Positions 48,145 to 63,237 of a stretch of DNA of 64,000 bases are shown here, one piece after another. The position numbers and the translations under genes are program-made. The stretch covers positions 173,414,001 through 173,478,000 of the forward strand of contig OZ024742.1 in NCBI GenBank assembly GCA_964016885.1. Direction: 5' to 3'. Under the pieces are notes generated by a model. That model ran no database searches and was not told the DNA's origin. It saw nothing but the letters and a program-made list of their open reading frames with translations. Positions within the stretch are counted from its first letter, which is position 1. Each line of letters starts with the position of its first letter. The DNA is from Eledone cirrhosa (Eukaryota).

Positions 48145-48648
48145 CATAGAAATGTGTGTGTGTGTATCTATGTGTGCGTGTTTGTTTTTGTGTAGCAATG
48201 TATATGTCTAACTCACACACATAATTAATTCTAGTTTGGCCTTCTCATGCCAGCGACATGAATTATTGTTTACCATTAACACACTTATGTATATAAAATG
48301 TATGATTGATATGTGTTCTATTCTAAAATATATTAGGATATATTCAGGAATAGGTGTATGTCTATCTTGTGTATACCTGCGCGAGTTTGAGTGTCTGCGT
48401 GCATGTGTCTGTCTCTGTGTCTGTAATGTATATGCTTGCGTATGTGTGTTTTGCTAGCACAAGACCTTCATAGATTGCCAATTTTGAAATATTGTTCAGT
48501 TCACTTGATACATACAGTTATCTCCCCTCCCCGACAACAGTGTCTGGGAATGGGCATGGTTGGTATATCCTTCCCTCTTTACTCCCTCTTTCACTAGCAC
48601 GCTATCTTAATATATATGCATACACACAAACTCTCACACACACACACA

Positions 48649-49858
<1,210 letters not shown>

Positions 49859-50127
49859 TCTGTGGTAATGAAGAATTCTTGTTGGATAGTTTATCAATAT
49901 AGACGTGAGGGAAAGTCCCTCGTCTATTTACCTTTTTCGTAAGTGAGAGGATAGGTACTCGATAGAATTATAACAAATGAGTCGGTGTGTGTGTAGACAA
50001 GATAATAACCACAACGAGAGTTCTATTCAACAATGTAAATAAGGATGATGTTTATTTTGTCTATTATGTGTTTGTTATATTACAAATGAAACAACATACC
50101 AATATAGACGTAATCAGTTGAAATGAA

Positions 50128-52147
50128 GGCAACGTATTACAATTGTCGTGGGGCACCAATGTAATGCCCACGTCTGGGTCACCAATGTGACGGGACCAGT
50201 AAAGTGAAATCAGTTATGAGCCAGTGCTCGGCCAACTCTAACCTTGTGGCTTCGGAATAGGAGTTCAGTGTATTGACATCTGTGTGATCTCGTGGTCCAA
50301 AGGCTGTCTGCTGTTTCCTATCTCCGTGGCTTGTCTGAGAAAGTAATACTGCTGCTTACTTAAATAGTGTTCTCAACCAGCGGGAGACAACTAGGCCTGG
50401 TCCATTATCCGACAGGTGTGGGGGGGGGTGTAAGGCGTCTTACCATAGCGTCCGTGTCCAGATGTGCCTGCTTAAGCCTGTCTATTGTAACTGTTTCCCT
50501 GGACCCTTTAATATCTAGAGTGAAATGCTTAGCCGAGCGCGCTAAGACCCACTAAGGTCCAGTGTAAGGCTGTGTGAGCTGGGGCTTCACAGAATCTTTC
50601 CTTACAAAGACATGCGTCCACGAGGCAACATCCCTCGGAACAGCAGTCTTGACAGTTTGTTTTCTAGTGTCCATTGGCGGCAAATCCTGGAAATAGGAGC
50701 GCAAACGGGACACGTAGGAAGCGTGATCTTGGGCATCAAGATCGATAGGGGCAAGCATTTGCCCGGGCAACGTCAGAGGGGCACCGTACAGTACTTCGGC
50801 CGGTGAAAATCCAAAGTCGACCTTCACCGTTGACCGAATCCCTAATAGCACAATAGGGAGGTACTCGCTCCAACGCGCCGAGTCCATTCAGGCCATTAAA
50901 GACGCCTTCAGTTGACGGTGAAAACGCTCCACCATACCATTCGAAGCGGGATTGTACGCCGTAGTTCTGATGCGTTTAGCACCAATTAATTTTGACATTT
51001 CGAGGAAAAGGCTCGACTCGAAATGTCGTCCACGGTCGGTAGTTACTGTGGATGGAACTCCATAACGAGAGATCCATCCAGACACAAGAGCACGCGCTGT
51101 TGTTTCAGCGGTGATGTTTTTCAAGGGGATGGATTCAGGCCATCTCGAAAAACGATCAACTATAGTCAGCAGATAAGAATAACCGTCGCTGACAGGCCAA
51201 GATCCCACTATATCAATGTGAAGGTGCGAAAAACGCGCATCTGGGTTAGTAAAGGTACCAAGGGGAGCCTTGACGTGTCGATGGACCTTTGATTTCTGTC
51301 AAACGACGCAGCAACGGCATCAAGCAGCAATTTCACGCCTCATATTTGGCCAGAAAAATCTAGCTGATATGAGCTTTACTGTGGCAGAATATCCTGGATG
51401 TGAGAAACTATGTAATGCCAGAAACACGGTCCGACGATGATTCGCGGGAACGAAGGGCCTAGGCACGTCCAAAGAGACGTCGCAGAGAATTTGGCCAACT
51501 GCAGTCGACAGAGGCAAGTATTTCATCTCGCAATTCGCAAACTCAGGCGATGTAACATCGCTCAAGGGGAGGCTGATCCGCAGCCAAACGAGTCAGATCT
51601 ATGTCAGAGAGTGACGAGATCGCTGTCACGGGTAAGTGGGACACAGGATCGGCCGCTGTATTCAGTGAACCCGGAATGTGTTGGATATCGTTCGTATATT
51701 GCCAGATGAAATCAAGGTGCCTCGTCTCTCTGGGCGAGTATTTATCAGCCTTCGCTCTCAACGCAAAAGTTAATGGTTTGTGGTCAGTGAGGATAGTAAA
51801 TAGTCTACCCCCTAGCATATGTGAAAAGTGTTTCACGGCAACGTATTACAATTGTCGTGGGGCACCAATGTAACGCCCACGTCTGGGTCACCAATGTGAC
51901 GGGACCAGTAAAGTGAAATCAGTTATGAGCCAGTGCTCGGCCAACTCTAACCTTGTGGCTTCGGCATAGGAGTTCAGTGTATTGACATCTGTGTGATCTC
52001 GTGGTCCAAAGGCTGTCTGATGTTTGCTGTCTCCGTGGCTTGTCTGAGAAAGTAATACTGCTGAGTACTTAAATAGTTTTCTCAACCGGAGGGAGACAAC
52101 TAGGCCTGGTCCATTATCCGACAGCGGGCGTAAGGCGTCTTACTACA
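50128..52147 (-). mobile_element. Internally deleted Ty3/Gypsy LTR retrotransposon derivative
   Basis: LTRs at 51895-52147 and 50186-50447 (TGTAG...TCACA). PBS TGGTGACCCAGACGTG, tRNA-Trp-like. Only RNase H end and integrase are retained. Confidence 0.85.
50450..51836 (-). pseudogene. Gypsy RNase H C-terminus + integrase fragments
   Basis: TDHKPL; H..SHPG..C..VC; VDRFSRWPE, TDRG, NGMVERFHRQLK; PYTGP. Confidence 0.92.
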
Positions 52148-52149
52148 TA

Positions 52150-52509
52150 TCGTATTCGAAACGCCCGGCGACTAACTCACTCAATATGCAAATTAGGCTG
52201 CTCAGCCGTTAGTATGAATAAGGAAAGTATATACTTTCAAACGTTCAATCAACTGACAGGAAGGTATACGGTGTTGATGACAGCTAATAAGCTAGAAACT
52301 AATTCATCATTCCTTTGTCAGTGTTGAACAAAATGGTAACGATGGTTGTCGAACACTGTACGGGTTAATTCGGTCTGTTTGTTTACAAAGAAACCGAGCA
52401 TTATAATAAATGTTCGGGAAACCCATACGTACAAATATATATGTGTGTATCTATGTATATATACATACTACTGTACGTCTGTATACATATATGTATGTAC
52501 GTATACATA

Positions 52510-52515
<6 letters not shown>
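52150..52515 (+). mobile_element. Third copy of the small HHR element (HHR 52252-52322, core decayed to TTGATGA)
   Basis: Matches 49456-49800. Confidence 0.85.
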
Positions 52516-52552
<37 letters not shown>

Positions 52553-52606
52553 GTCGGAAAGTAAGAAATCGGAGAATAGACCGTTAAAATATGTTTATTT
52601 AAAACA

Positions 52607-52647
52607 GCATCTACGTACGTTTCGCCCAGTTGGATTTCTCAAGGGCA
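52607..52647 (-). ncRNA. Minimal HHR, U3-A8 core (inverted copy)
   Basis: Minus strand: gccc-TTGAGAA-atccaactgggc-GAAA-cgtacg-TA-gatgc. Confidence 0.7.
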
Positions 52648-53705
52648 TAAATAATCAAAAGTGTTGCTTACATTGCTCGGAAAGAGTTTTTGGGGTTAAA
52701 TCCACGTCAAGGTTCATTGCTCGCAAAAATAGCTTGTTTTGATTGTGCAGTAGGTCAAGGGAGGTAACTATGGCCGGTGTTAGGGCAGTCTTTCCCGGAC
52801 AAATTTGTTTTAACTGCTACGAGATGAGGTTGCAACCTTACCATTGTCGATACGCATGTAATCAACCCTTATTTTGAGAGTTTTTTTTGCCGCATCTGTT
52901 TGTCTGAGTCGTTTGAGGCTGGGTCTGGTATGTTTCCTGGGTGTTATTTTGCAGCGCCTGCCCACCGGGGTGTTAAGACTTGTTGAAGGGAGATCCGGTG
53001 CACGGTTTCACTCCTCATTCTTAACCCATCTGAAGAAGGATATTTTTAAGCGATGTGTAAAACTTATCGCTGTTTCAGCTCTGCTGTTGATGAGCTCTGG
53101 GGGTGCAGTTATGATGTGGTAGAGCTCCATGAGGCAAAGATTGCATTTCCTCTTGAAGTTCTACGGTGCAGCCCTGCCGACAATCTCCCAGTGCGTGGAG
53201 AAGCTGACGTTTAAGACCTTTAGTGATGTGATGTAGTCCGCGAGCGAAGTGGAGTGCCTTAGTTTTCTATTTTTGAAAGAGTGGAGATGTGTTCGAAAAC
53301 TAATTTTGAACGGGCCGGAGGTAGCCCCTATATAATGTTTAACGCTATTGTGGCTAGTAATAGTGCATCTATATATAACCCTATCAGTGAAGCAGTATCC
53401 TCTAAGGGGGCAGCGTCCTCTGTCGCGGCAGTTGCAATTTCTGTCGCGGTTCCGTCTATTTCCCACGGTAAGGCTATCATTGTTGCTGCCTACGTTGTTA
53501 CCTACGCTACCGCAGCTGTTTTTAGTACCATTACAACCCACAGCACGCGGGGTGGTGCGATTATTATGCCGCACGTCATGTCCTGCATGTTCCCCGGTCA
53601 TTTCGCGGTTATGCTGGTTGCGTCTGCGGATGCAATGAACCTTGACGTGGATTTAACCCCAAACACACATTGCGAGCAATGTAAGGAACACTTTTGATTA
53701 CTTAT

Positions 53706-53745
53706 GCCCTTGAGAAGCCCAACTGGGCGAAATGTACGTACGTGC
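53706..53745 (+). ncRNA. Minimal HHR, U3-A8 core (5' pLTR)
   Basis: gccc-TTGAGAA-gccca/tgggc-GAAA-tgtacg-TA-cgtgc. Confidence 0.72.
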
Positions 53746-56700
53746 TGTTTTAAATAAACATGTTCTAACGGTCTATTCTCCAATTTCTTACTTCTCCCAC
53801 GTGCTTACGCTCTGCTAACTCTCTAGCCCACTAAATATTAACACTTCGAATATTTAATACTGCCGGCACTAGTATCGAGCACCTTCGGCATACGCTACTT
53901 GGCAAATAACTATATGTATCACCTATCCTCCCCTTTTTATTTTTCTCTCTCTCGATACGTAAATACTGTATTACTGTGCTCCTTTTGTAGAGCATCTCAC
54001 CTTATTTGCCATTATGTTGGAGAACCAGCCGTTACCCATGTCTCTCAAGTGTATCCCCTTACCCAGCAGAAAAACCTACCTTAAACTGCTTATAAACGCT
54101 ACTAATTCGTTTATACGGAGAGTCAGATGGAAGGCCTACCACCTGGATAAGAACACCCGTAACCTTCCTGAACCCAAAGAGAGGTATGGCTTCAAAACAT
54201 ACTGAAACCCACCGCACGAGACCTTAGTGGACTCCTTTGAAGAGGACCTGCTGAAAATGATCAGACACGTTAGGTTCAGAAAGAAACACCAACGCAGCAA
54301 TCCATTCTTAACGTCCCTTGATACACTAATAACTAAGATCAAGAATGAACCGCACTTCTCCGTCACCTCCGACAAAACCAAAAAGCTGTACAAGATGGAC
54401 GCGAGTAAGTATAACAAATTCATCTATAAGAAACTACACAAATACTACAAAAAGACACCCTCTAGTACCCTAAATGACATAAATAGAGTAGGGAAGGATA
54501 TAGTCACCAGCTTAGAAATAGAAAAGTAAACTAACCCGTACGTTCCCCTGACGCCTAAATTCTCTCTTAAGGATTACAAATATGACTTTAATGAAAGCCC
54601 CTCTATTAGACTAATATGCCCCTCTACATCAGATATAGGTAAGATTAGTAAAGTGATCCTCGACAGAGTACTACTGGAGCTTAATAGAAAGGCTAAGGTC
54701 TACCTGTGGGGCAACACCGACCAGGTCATAAATTGGTTCACCGAGTTGCCGGATAAAGCCACCCTGAAGTTCATCCAGTTTGATATAGATAGTTACTACG
54801 CCTCTATCTCCCCCAAACTCTTAAATAAGGCACTTATCTTAGCTAAATCTAACACTAGGCTCACTAAAAAGAAATAGACATAATTCTAGCGGCAGGTAGA
54901 ACCATTATCCAGTTCGAAGGCTCCCACTGGACCAGAACGAACCGTCCTGATAACTTCGATGTCACGATGGGGTCCAGTGACTCAGCGCAAGCAACTGACC
55001 TGGTCGGACATACTTCCTACATAAGCTTAGGCAAGAGATACCGGCCCTACCAGGAGGTGTATATAGGGACGACGCCCTGTTTACCGTTAGCAACCATAAC
55101 CCCCTTAGGATAGAGAACCTTAAAAAACATATACACAGGTTCTTCAAGTCATACGGCCTATCCGTAACTATGGACCTCAACCACAGGGTGGTCAACTTCC
55201 TGGGCGTGACCCTGGAGTTGAGTAAGGGCTTATACACGCCATACGGTAAGCCTGGAGAGTGCCTCTCTTATATTAATTATGCCTCCAACCACCCTAAGCA
55301 GACTCTCAAATCCATAGTCTATAGTATCTCACATAGAATCGCTAGGCTATCCGCCAATGAGGATATATTCAACCAAGCGGCAGCGTGTTATAATAGGGCC
55401 TTGATAAACGCCGGCTTTAACGGAGGAATTTCCTACATCCCTAACGCTAGCTCTAGAAACCACTCCCCTCATAAAATGACGTTATAGTAAGCCATACCTA
55501 TAACCGATCACGCGGCGACCTCGTTGAAGTCGGATATAATAGAATAGATAACCGCACTAAAGATCACGACCCCGGCGACGGTGACCACTGCAGATTACTC
55601 GAACTATTCCCCTATTACAAAACCAACAAAGGCGACGGCCTACTACCAACGCCTTCCAACCAACATAATTCCTGTACATAAACATGGAAGACGTAGGAAG
55701 AGTGCAACCGAGCATAAAGTGAAAGGGGCACCGAACGGGCGACTGCGCATTAACACACATAAGAACGGTCACCTAGATGGAACCACCCGTAGAAAAAGTA
55801 CAAGGAAACGTAATCGCCACCGTAACGTCCTATGGTTCCACCCCCCCTACTCTCGGAGTGTGGTCTCCAACATACCCCGGATGTTCTTCGAAGCCTTAGA
55901 GAAGAAGATCCCGCCCAACCATAGGTATAGAAAAATTCTTAATAGGAACAATATAAACATATCATTCTCTACTACTCCTAACCTAGCAGACATCATAGGA
56001 ACAACGAACCACAGTAACATCACCAAGACACAGCACCTCGACACAGAGGCACCTACACCTGATAATAACTATATCGGCCTAAACAACTCCCTGGCAGCAT
56101 CCAATAGTGTTGGCAAAGGCATCCGCAGACGCAACCAGCATATCCGCTAAATGACTGGGGAACATGCAGGACATGACGTGCGGAATAACAATCGCACCAC
56201 CCCGCGTGCTGTGGGTTGTAATGGTGCTAACGACAACTGCGGTAGCGTAGGTATCAACGTAGGTAGCAACAATGATAGCCTTACCGTGGGAAATAGACGG
56301 AACCGCGACAGAAATTGCAACTGCCGCGACAGAGGACGCTGCCCCCTTAGAGGATACTGCTTCACTGATAGGGTTATATATAGATGCACTATTACTAGCC
56401 ACAATAGCGTTAAATATTATATAGAAGTTACCTCCGGCCCATTAAAAATTAGGTTTCGAACACATCTCCACTCTTTCACTAATAGAAAACTAAGACACTC
56501 CACTTCGCGCGCGGACTACCTCACATCACTAAAGGACTTAAACATCAGCTTCTCCACGCACTGGGAGATTGTCGGCAGGGCTGCACCGTAGAACTTCAAG
56601 AGGAAATGTGATCTTTGCCTCATGGAGTTCTACTACATCATAACTGCACCTTACGAACTCATCAACAGCAGAGCTGAAACAGCGATAAGTTGAACACATC

Positions 56701-57115
56701 GCTTAAAATTGTCCTTCTTCAGATAGGGTAAGGATGAGGACTGAAACCGTGCACCGGATCTCCCTGCAACAAATCTTAACACCCCGGAGGGCAGGCGCTG
56801 CAAAATAACACCCAGGAAACAATCCTTGCATACCAGACCCAGCCTCAAACGACTCAGATAAACAGATGCGGCAAAAAAAAACTCTCAAAATAAGCGTTGA
56901 TTACATGCGTATCGACAATGGTAAGGTTGTAAGCTCCTCTCGTAGCAGATTAAAAAAAGTTCTCCGGGAAAGACTGCCCTAACACCGGCCAGAGTTACCT
57001 CCCTTGAACTGCTGCAAAATCAAAACAAGCTATTTTTGCGAGCAATGAACATTGACGTGGATTTAACCCCAAACACTCTTTTCGAGCTATGTAAGGAACA
57101 CTTGTGATTATTTAT

Positions 57116-57155
57116 GCCCTTGAGAAGCCCAACTGGGGGAAACGTACGTAGGTGC
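57116..57155 (+). ncRNA. Minimal HHR, U3-A8 core (3' pLTR)
   Basis: gccc-TTGAGAA-gcccaactgggg-GAAA-cgtacg-TA-ggtgc. Confidence 0.72.
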
Positions 57156-57484
57156 TGTTTTAAATAAACATGTTTTAACGGTCTATTCTCCGATGTCTTA
57201 CTTTCCCACGTGCTTACGCTCTGCTAACTCTCTAGCCCACTAAATATTAACACTTCGAATATTTAATACTCCCGGCACTAGAATCGAGCACCTTTGGCAT
57301 ACGCTACTTGGCAAATAACTATATGTATCACCTATCCTCCCCTTTTTATTTTTCTCTCTCTCTCGATACGTAAATACTGTATATATATGTATATATATAT
57401 ATTAGAAAATACCATAGCTTTCACCGTATTTTTCAAATAAAAAAATTTTAGTCTGAAAATGGGGTTTAGAACCCTCAGATAAAT

Positions 57485-57534
57485 GGAAAAAGATGAGTAT
57501 TGACGTACATATACGTCAAAACTCATCTTTTTCC
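57485..57534. repeat. Near-perfect hairpin
   Basis: ggaaaaagatgagt.ttgacgta-cata-tacgtcaa.actcatctttttcc. Confidence 0.85.
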
Positions 57535-57574
57535 AACCTGCTCACTGTTTCAAAACATTACTTACTCACATATA

Positions 57575-57644
<70 letters not shown>

Positions 57645-57894
57645 TTTCTTTATGTCGATTGTGTGTGTACATACACATAATCTATACAAAATAACACACT
57701 GATAGATATATATACACACATACTCACACATACGTGTATGGGCCTTTGATACATAGTGTATGAGGTAACGGAATTTTTCTATGAAATATACTCAGATGCA
57801 AATGTTTAATTATTTGTAGAATTGAAATGAAGAGGTAAATATGTTCCTTTGTGAATGAGAGAAAAACGTACCTAAATGTATAGATAAGAAATGT

Positions 57895-58650
57895 ATAACC
57901 TGTAAATTAAGCCCCCATATTTAGTGTAAAACTAGAAATGTAGTATATAGCATAAGATGTACTTACTGAAGGACAATGTAGAGACAAATATATAGTGTAC
58001 ATAGGTGAGACAGCTCGTAGTGTAGGGGAACGGACAAATGAACACTGGCGAGACCTTCAAGATAGTAAAGAATCATCTGTACTCTACCAACTTGCTAAGA
58101 TAGAACATAAGGGTAAATTAGAGAACATAAAAATAAAAATAGAATCTACATACAGAAAAGACGCAATGTTTAGACAAATCACACAGGCAATAAACATAAA
58201 AGAATTACAACCCAAATTAAATAGAAAACATGAGTGGAACAGCAAAATCACAACTTACAATTAAGGACAAAATGGTAAACACACACGCACATAGAACAAA
58301 CAACCAACCTGTAACATGTAAATAAACAAATAAATAAACGAATATAAACACACACAGACACCCGGATGTGGCGCATGCGCAGACTGAGCACACAACACAC
58401 ACACAGAAACAAAATGGCGTAGGAAAGAAGAAAGGAGAGGCACAAAAACAAAGAACAGAATCCCCAGTCACTGAAGAGGTCACAGGATGTCACGAAAGAA
58501 CTTTGACAATATATATACAACCATCTGGTTGTGGAACCAACCAACCAACCGGAAATTTATACATTCCTAAATTTATTATAATAAATTGAAGTGAAAGAAC
58601 TGGTGCGTGTGTTTCTTATTGGCAACATGACCCTCCCAAAGTATAACAAT
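57895..58650 (+). mobile_element. 5'-truncated Penelope-like remnant (different clade): GIY-YIG end + 3'UTR
   Basis: CKTRNVVYSIRC...YIGETARSVGERTNEH...I.ELQPKLNRKHEW. Ends in (TA)n. Confidence 0.82.
58467..58507 (+). ncRNA. Minimal HHR, canonical core, slightly decayed
   Basis: gtca-CTGAAGA-ggtcacaggatgtcac-GAAA-gaac-TT-tgac. Confidence 0.65.
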
Positions 58651-58670
58651 ATATATGTATATATATATAG

Positions 58671-58744
<74 letters not shown>

Positions 58745-59327
58745 ATATGCATATTATATAGTTATATATGCTCGATATATGCTTTTCCCGTCATCTGAAC
58801 GTATATACGTATTTTTACATACACACAACCATCTCACTAAAACATCATATGCAAGGACATTCTCAAATGTACCACGCAACCACCGAACGTATGTACTTGC
58901 GACAGAGTAACGAATAGGAAACTCAATACAATTTACTAATATTTTTTATATGGCAAAATAGATAGCTTTCGCTTCTCCCTACATATTACATTACAAAAAA
59001 TAAACAAACAAATAAAGAAATATAATAAATTAATAAATGAATAAATATAATTTTAAAAATACTACACTTTACGTTGTATATTTCTGGCTGTTAGGGAAGG
59101 TTATGTTTAGGTGAATACGTTGTATATGTTTTCTTCTCTCAGTTCACCAATTCTTTAAGGACAATTGGTATTTTGCCGAGATAATGCCAGAACCTGTAAA
59201 AACATATTTCTTTTGTCAGTCACATGAAAGGATTCCCATGTAGCTGCATCCATATACAAAAGCATCTTTACAATAACTGTAATGAGCGTGGTAAAGTGTA
59301 GGCATAAAATAGATTGAAGTCTAAAGG

Positions 59328-59550
<223 letters not shown>

Positions 59551-60005
59551 GTACAGCAGGATATTTCAACATCGTGTACGTATTTTAATCAATGATGCTC
59601 TTTGTATTTGGAAGATATTTTTTTACCTTGATATATTTACCTATTTCTCAATTATTTTATCTAACATATGTATGTATGTATGTATGTATGTATGCATGTA
59701 TTTTTGAATGCATATGTGTATGTATGAATGTATGTGTTATGTGTATGTGTGTATGTATGCATTTGTCCATGTTTCAATGCATGCATGTATGAATGTATGT
59801 ACATTATGTAAGATTATATGTATATATGTATGCATGTGTGAACGTCAATTTCACGAGCATCTACCAATCTTTCTCTATATCTATTGCTACCACTAATACA
59901 TGCAGTAATTGTCAAATTCAATATTCAGTTTACTACCTGAAAACTAAATATAGTTATTCATGTGCACACATGTTTATATATATATATATAATATATATAT
60001 GTATA

Positions 60006-60131
<126 letters not shown>

Positions 60132-60245
60132 AACATGTGTGCACATACATATATATATATATATATAGATGTGTATAGTGGTAGCTATGGTGTTTCCATA
60201 GGCGGTTTGCCAAAATTAGCATTCGATATTCAGTGTAGAGTGTAG

Positions 60246-60489
60246 ATATTATAAAGAAAACGAAAAATCAGTGATGCATCTGGACTTAGTTTATTGGTGT
60301 TATGTCCGGAGCAAATTGTATCACTGGGTGATACAATTTGCTCCGGACATAACAGCCGTGTCTGAAAGAACCCGCAGAAGTAGAATCAGCCAGATCCATA
60401 CAAGGACCATGACTCGAGCTACATGCCGCCGAAACATTTGTAACAAGAAATAAACTAAGTCCAGATGCATCACTGATTTTTCGTTTTCT

Positions 60490-60498
<9 letters not shown>
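60246..60498 (+). mobile_element. About 250-bp element with about 50-bp terminal inverted repeats, internal 27-bp perfect hairpin and HHR-like motif
   Basis: TIRs 60246-60295 / 60449-60498. Hairpin 60298-60354. tgt-CTGAAAGA...c-GAAA-catttg-TA-aca at 60359-60445. Confidence 0.8.
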
Positions 60499-60588
<90 letters not shown>

Positions 60589-61639
60589 GAGGAAACCATA
60601 TATGCGTGCATATATATATATACACGCATATATGCAACAACTTACATAGCTATGAATATATTGTAATTACGACGCATCGTACCAGTGATATATAATCTGT
60701 ATGGACTCTTACTGATTGTACTTAGATTGAAATATTTTTATTTACTGATGTACATTACAATCTACATATAACTTGACACCAATCTAGACGACAAAGGACA
60801 TTATCCACATATAACTATTTATATGTATTATTGGTCGTTGTATTGCTTGATCAACTGACATCGAAATTAATACTGAAGCGCTGGGCTTATAATTGGCGAG
60901 TGATTTTTTTTATTGATATCTGCTAGTTCCGTGAGAGGAAACCTTTTTATAAATATAAGCTCTAGCCCTGGCCATCCACGTGATTTCACCAACTATATAT
61001 CATCTCAACGATTTGGCAGAGCCAATATAGTATCGGATAATGTTTTGCGGTATATGATGCAGCTCGGTGTTGCTGAGTTCAAACCCTACTTCTGTCCGGC
61101 AAGGTTTGCAGCCGCAGATTTGATTACCAATTGAATGTCCAATGCAAATTTTCCTTAGTCCATTTTGACGAGCGGCACTTTTAATTTCCTTTCCTAACAT
61201 TGAGTATGGCCCATGTGAAAGTAAAGAACGTAAACGTGTATATATCTCGCTGCCATAACGCCATTGACCCACATGTTAGCTGTCACCCAGGTATACTTTA
61301 TCTTCATTGTTTGTCGCATTGCTCTAGGATAACAAGTTTAGTCATGATGTACCAAAGAAACTTAAAGATGTTAGTCAGCACCACCAACATTTAAGTGAAT
61401 TTGGGAAGGAATATTTTTTTAATATTAGAGACTTCGAACCGAATATTTGCAACATAGTATATTCTCAATATATACTCAACATAGTATATATGCTAAATGG
61501 GATGATATATGAAGCATGTACACTTCAGGGCTATATGAACTTAGAACACGACAGGCAGAAAACTAACAATGGAGTTCTCCAATGTTTTAATAATTCTTCT
61601 CATGGTACTTCATTATATCAACACCGACAGGATAAATAG

Positions 61640-62010
61640 CAGGTTTCGCATGCTGATATTCCTTACAGTTTCGGTCTTCCAAATTTCCCCCAATGTCATT
61701 GGGCAACCAGTGTCTATAGAAGTCACTTGCCCAAACTAAAGGACAGTAGAGAATAACCCACAACCCCGTATATGCAAAATGGACTCCTCATCCATCGTGA
61801 TGATAAAACCTACGAACAATACTTTCTAATTATAGGCCTTTACCCAAGAATTTAGCGTGGGAGGGGAAAGGCTTGATAATATCGGTTCCGGTAGGTTATG
61901 GTACTTTATTTTATCGACTCCAGAAGACGGAGAGGCTGGGATTTGAACTCAGGAGGGAAACTATCTAACCATTTGCCCGAGGCTCTAATAATCCTTCCAT
62001 CTCACCACAC
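61640..62010 (-). mobile_element. Old decayed SINE remnants
   Basis: ggtactttattttatcgac and ggatttgaactcag match the SINE at 3004/17938. cacttgcccaa is a CORE-like motif upstream. Confidence 0.6.
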
Positions 62011-62962
62011 TACTCTTGCAAGAAATAACAATCGGTTGATGTAATGTTTATTGATGATTTATGTATGAACGTGTGTGTGCTTATGGCAGCGTGTGTATAT
62101 ATGTCTGGGTGTATGTGTGTGGTTGCATTTGTGTGTGTGTATGTACGGGAAGGTGTATAGTTACGTGTGTGTGCTGTTGTATGTGCATGTTTGTTTATCA
62201 CAGCCGTTCTATTCTAAAACACGACAATATTAATTCCTTTATTGTTGACGTATTGGCAGCGCGGTTAGAACTTCGAGTTAAATGTATTAGTATTTGTTCT
62301 GACTCCACACTTTCTGTCTTCAAAACCCACAGTGATCAACTTTTCAGAGTCGATATACAAAGTAGCATTCTATAGGCGGTTGTTGCTGGAATTTCTATAG
62401 GCGTGCTTTGAGATATCTGAAACGCTTCTGTACTATCTGATTTCAAATATCTCCTACTGCATGTCTCCTCTCTACCAGGATTTGTATCGAGTTGAGAATA
62501 TCTTCAATAGAAATACCGATTAAAACAATGGTTCATTGGATCAATCTGCTCCGTTCCTTAATTATTTCATTTAAACCTGAAACATAGTTTCATTCCAAAC
62601 ACATAGATTATTATGTTGCAAGTCACATGCTTTTTAGATTACACTGACATTTACTGATTCAAGTTTGATCTGTATTTCTATCGAGAAAGTGAAGCAGGGG
62701 ATACTCAATTCCTTAGGGAGAAAATTGATAAGACATATTACAAAGTCTCATATAATAGTATTACAACAATACATTAAAACACTAAAATATGCATGCGTAT
62801 GTCTTCACACGGATAGACATACATACATATAAATATGTATATATACAGTATATATATAGAAAGGATGAATATAAAATGAAAGTGCTTTTTTTAAAAAAGG
62901 AATTTATTAGGTATTGACATATGTTTCTGTAACATATTGACATATGTTTCTTGATAACCTGA

Positions 62963-63039
<77 letters not shown>

Positions 63040-63163
63040 GGGTAAACATTGATGCAATTCAAATCAGGCCCTCAACGTACTCATACCACATAGGAGTGAC
63101 GGAGTGAATATCGAATAAGGAAAAGCGAAGTAGTTTCAGATGTTCAAGTCCTTTAATAATAAT

Positions 63164-63237
63164 GCTGTGATATATATTTCAATGGCGAAAGTGGCCACAC
63201 TGTTCTGTGCGCCAGTCTCGCGACATCATCAGACAGC
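63164..63237 (-). ncRNA. Hammerhead ribozyme, canonical core, long helix II
   Basis: Minus strand: gctgt-CTGATGA-tg..gcgaga.tggc.cac/gtg.gcca.tttcgc.ca-tt-GAAA-tatata-TC-acagc. Confidence 0.83.

Larger units (their letters stand above)
52551..57380 (+). mobile_element. Penelope-like element 2, decayed: inverted 3' segment (52551-53631), direct pLTRs 53632-53971 and 57041-57380
   Basis: ORF remnants at 54014-56745 are homologous to the 819-aa ORF (QFDIDSYY, YRDD, CNCR..CPLRGYC..VIY..YIG). 52551-53631 is the reverse complement of about 56123-57209. (TA)n flanks. Confidence 0.92.

Noticed and set aside
56690-56692. TGA at a Cys-equivalent position in PLE2 (possible selenocysteine, as reported for some Naiad PLEs)
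   Set aside because: The inverted copy has TTT here, which points to an ancestral TGT. The element has many other stops, and PLE1 has no in-frame TGA.
57410-57480. Possible minus-strand HHR next to the 57485 hairpin
   Set aside because: Core CTGAGGG is non-matching and helices I/III could not be formed.
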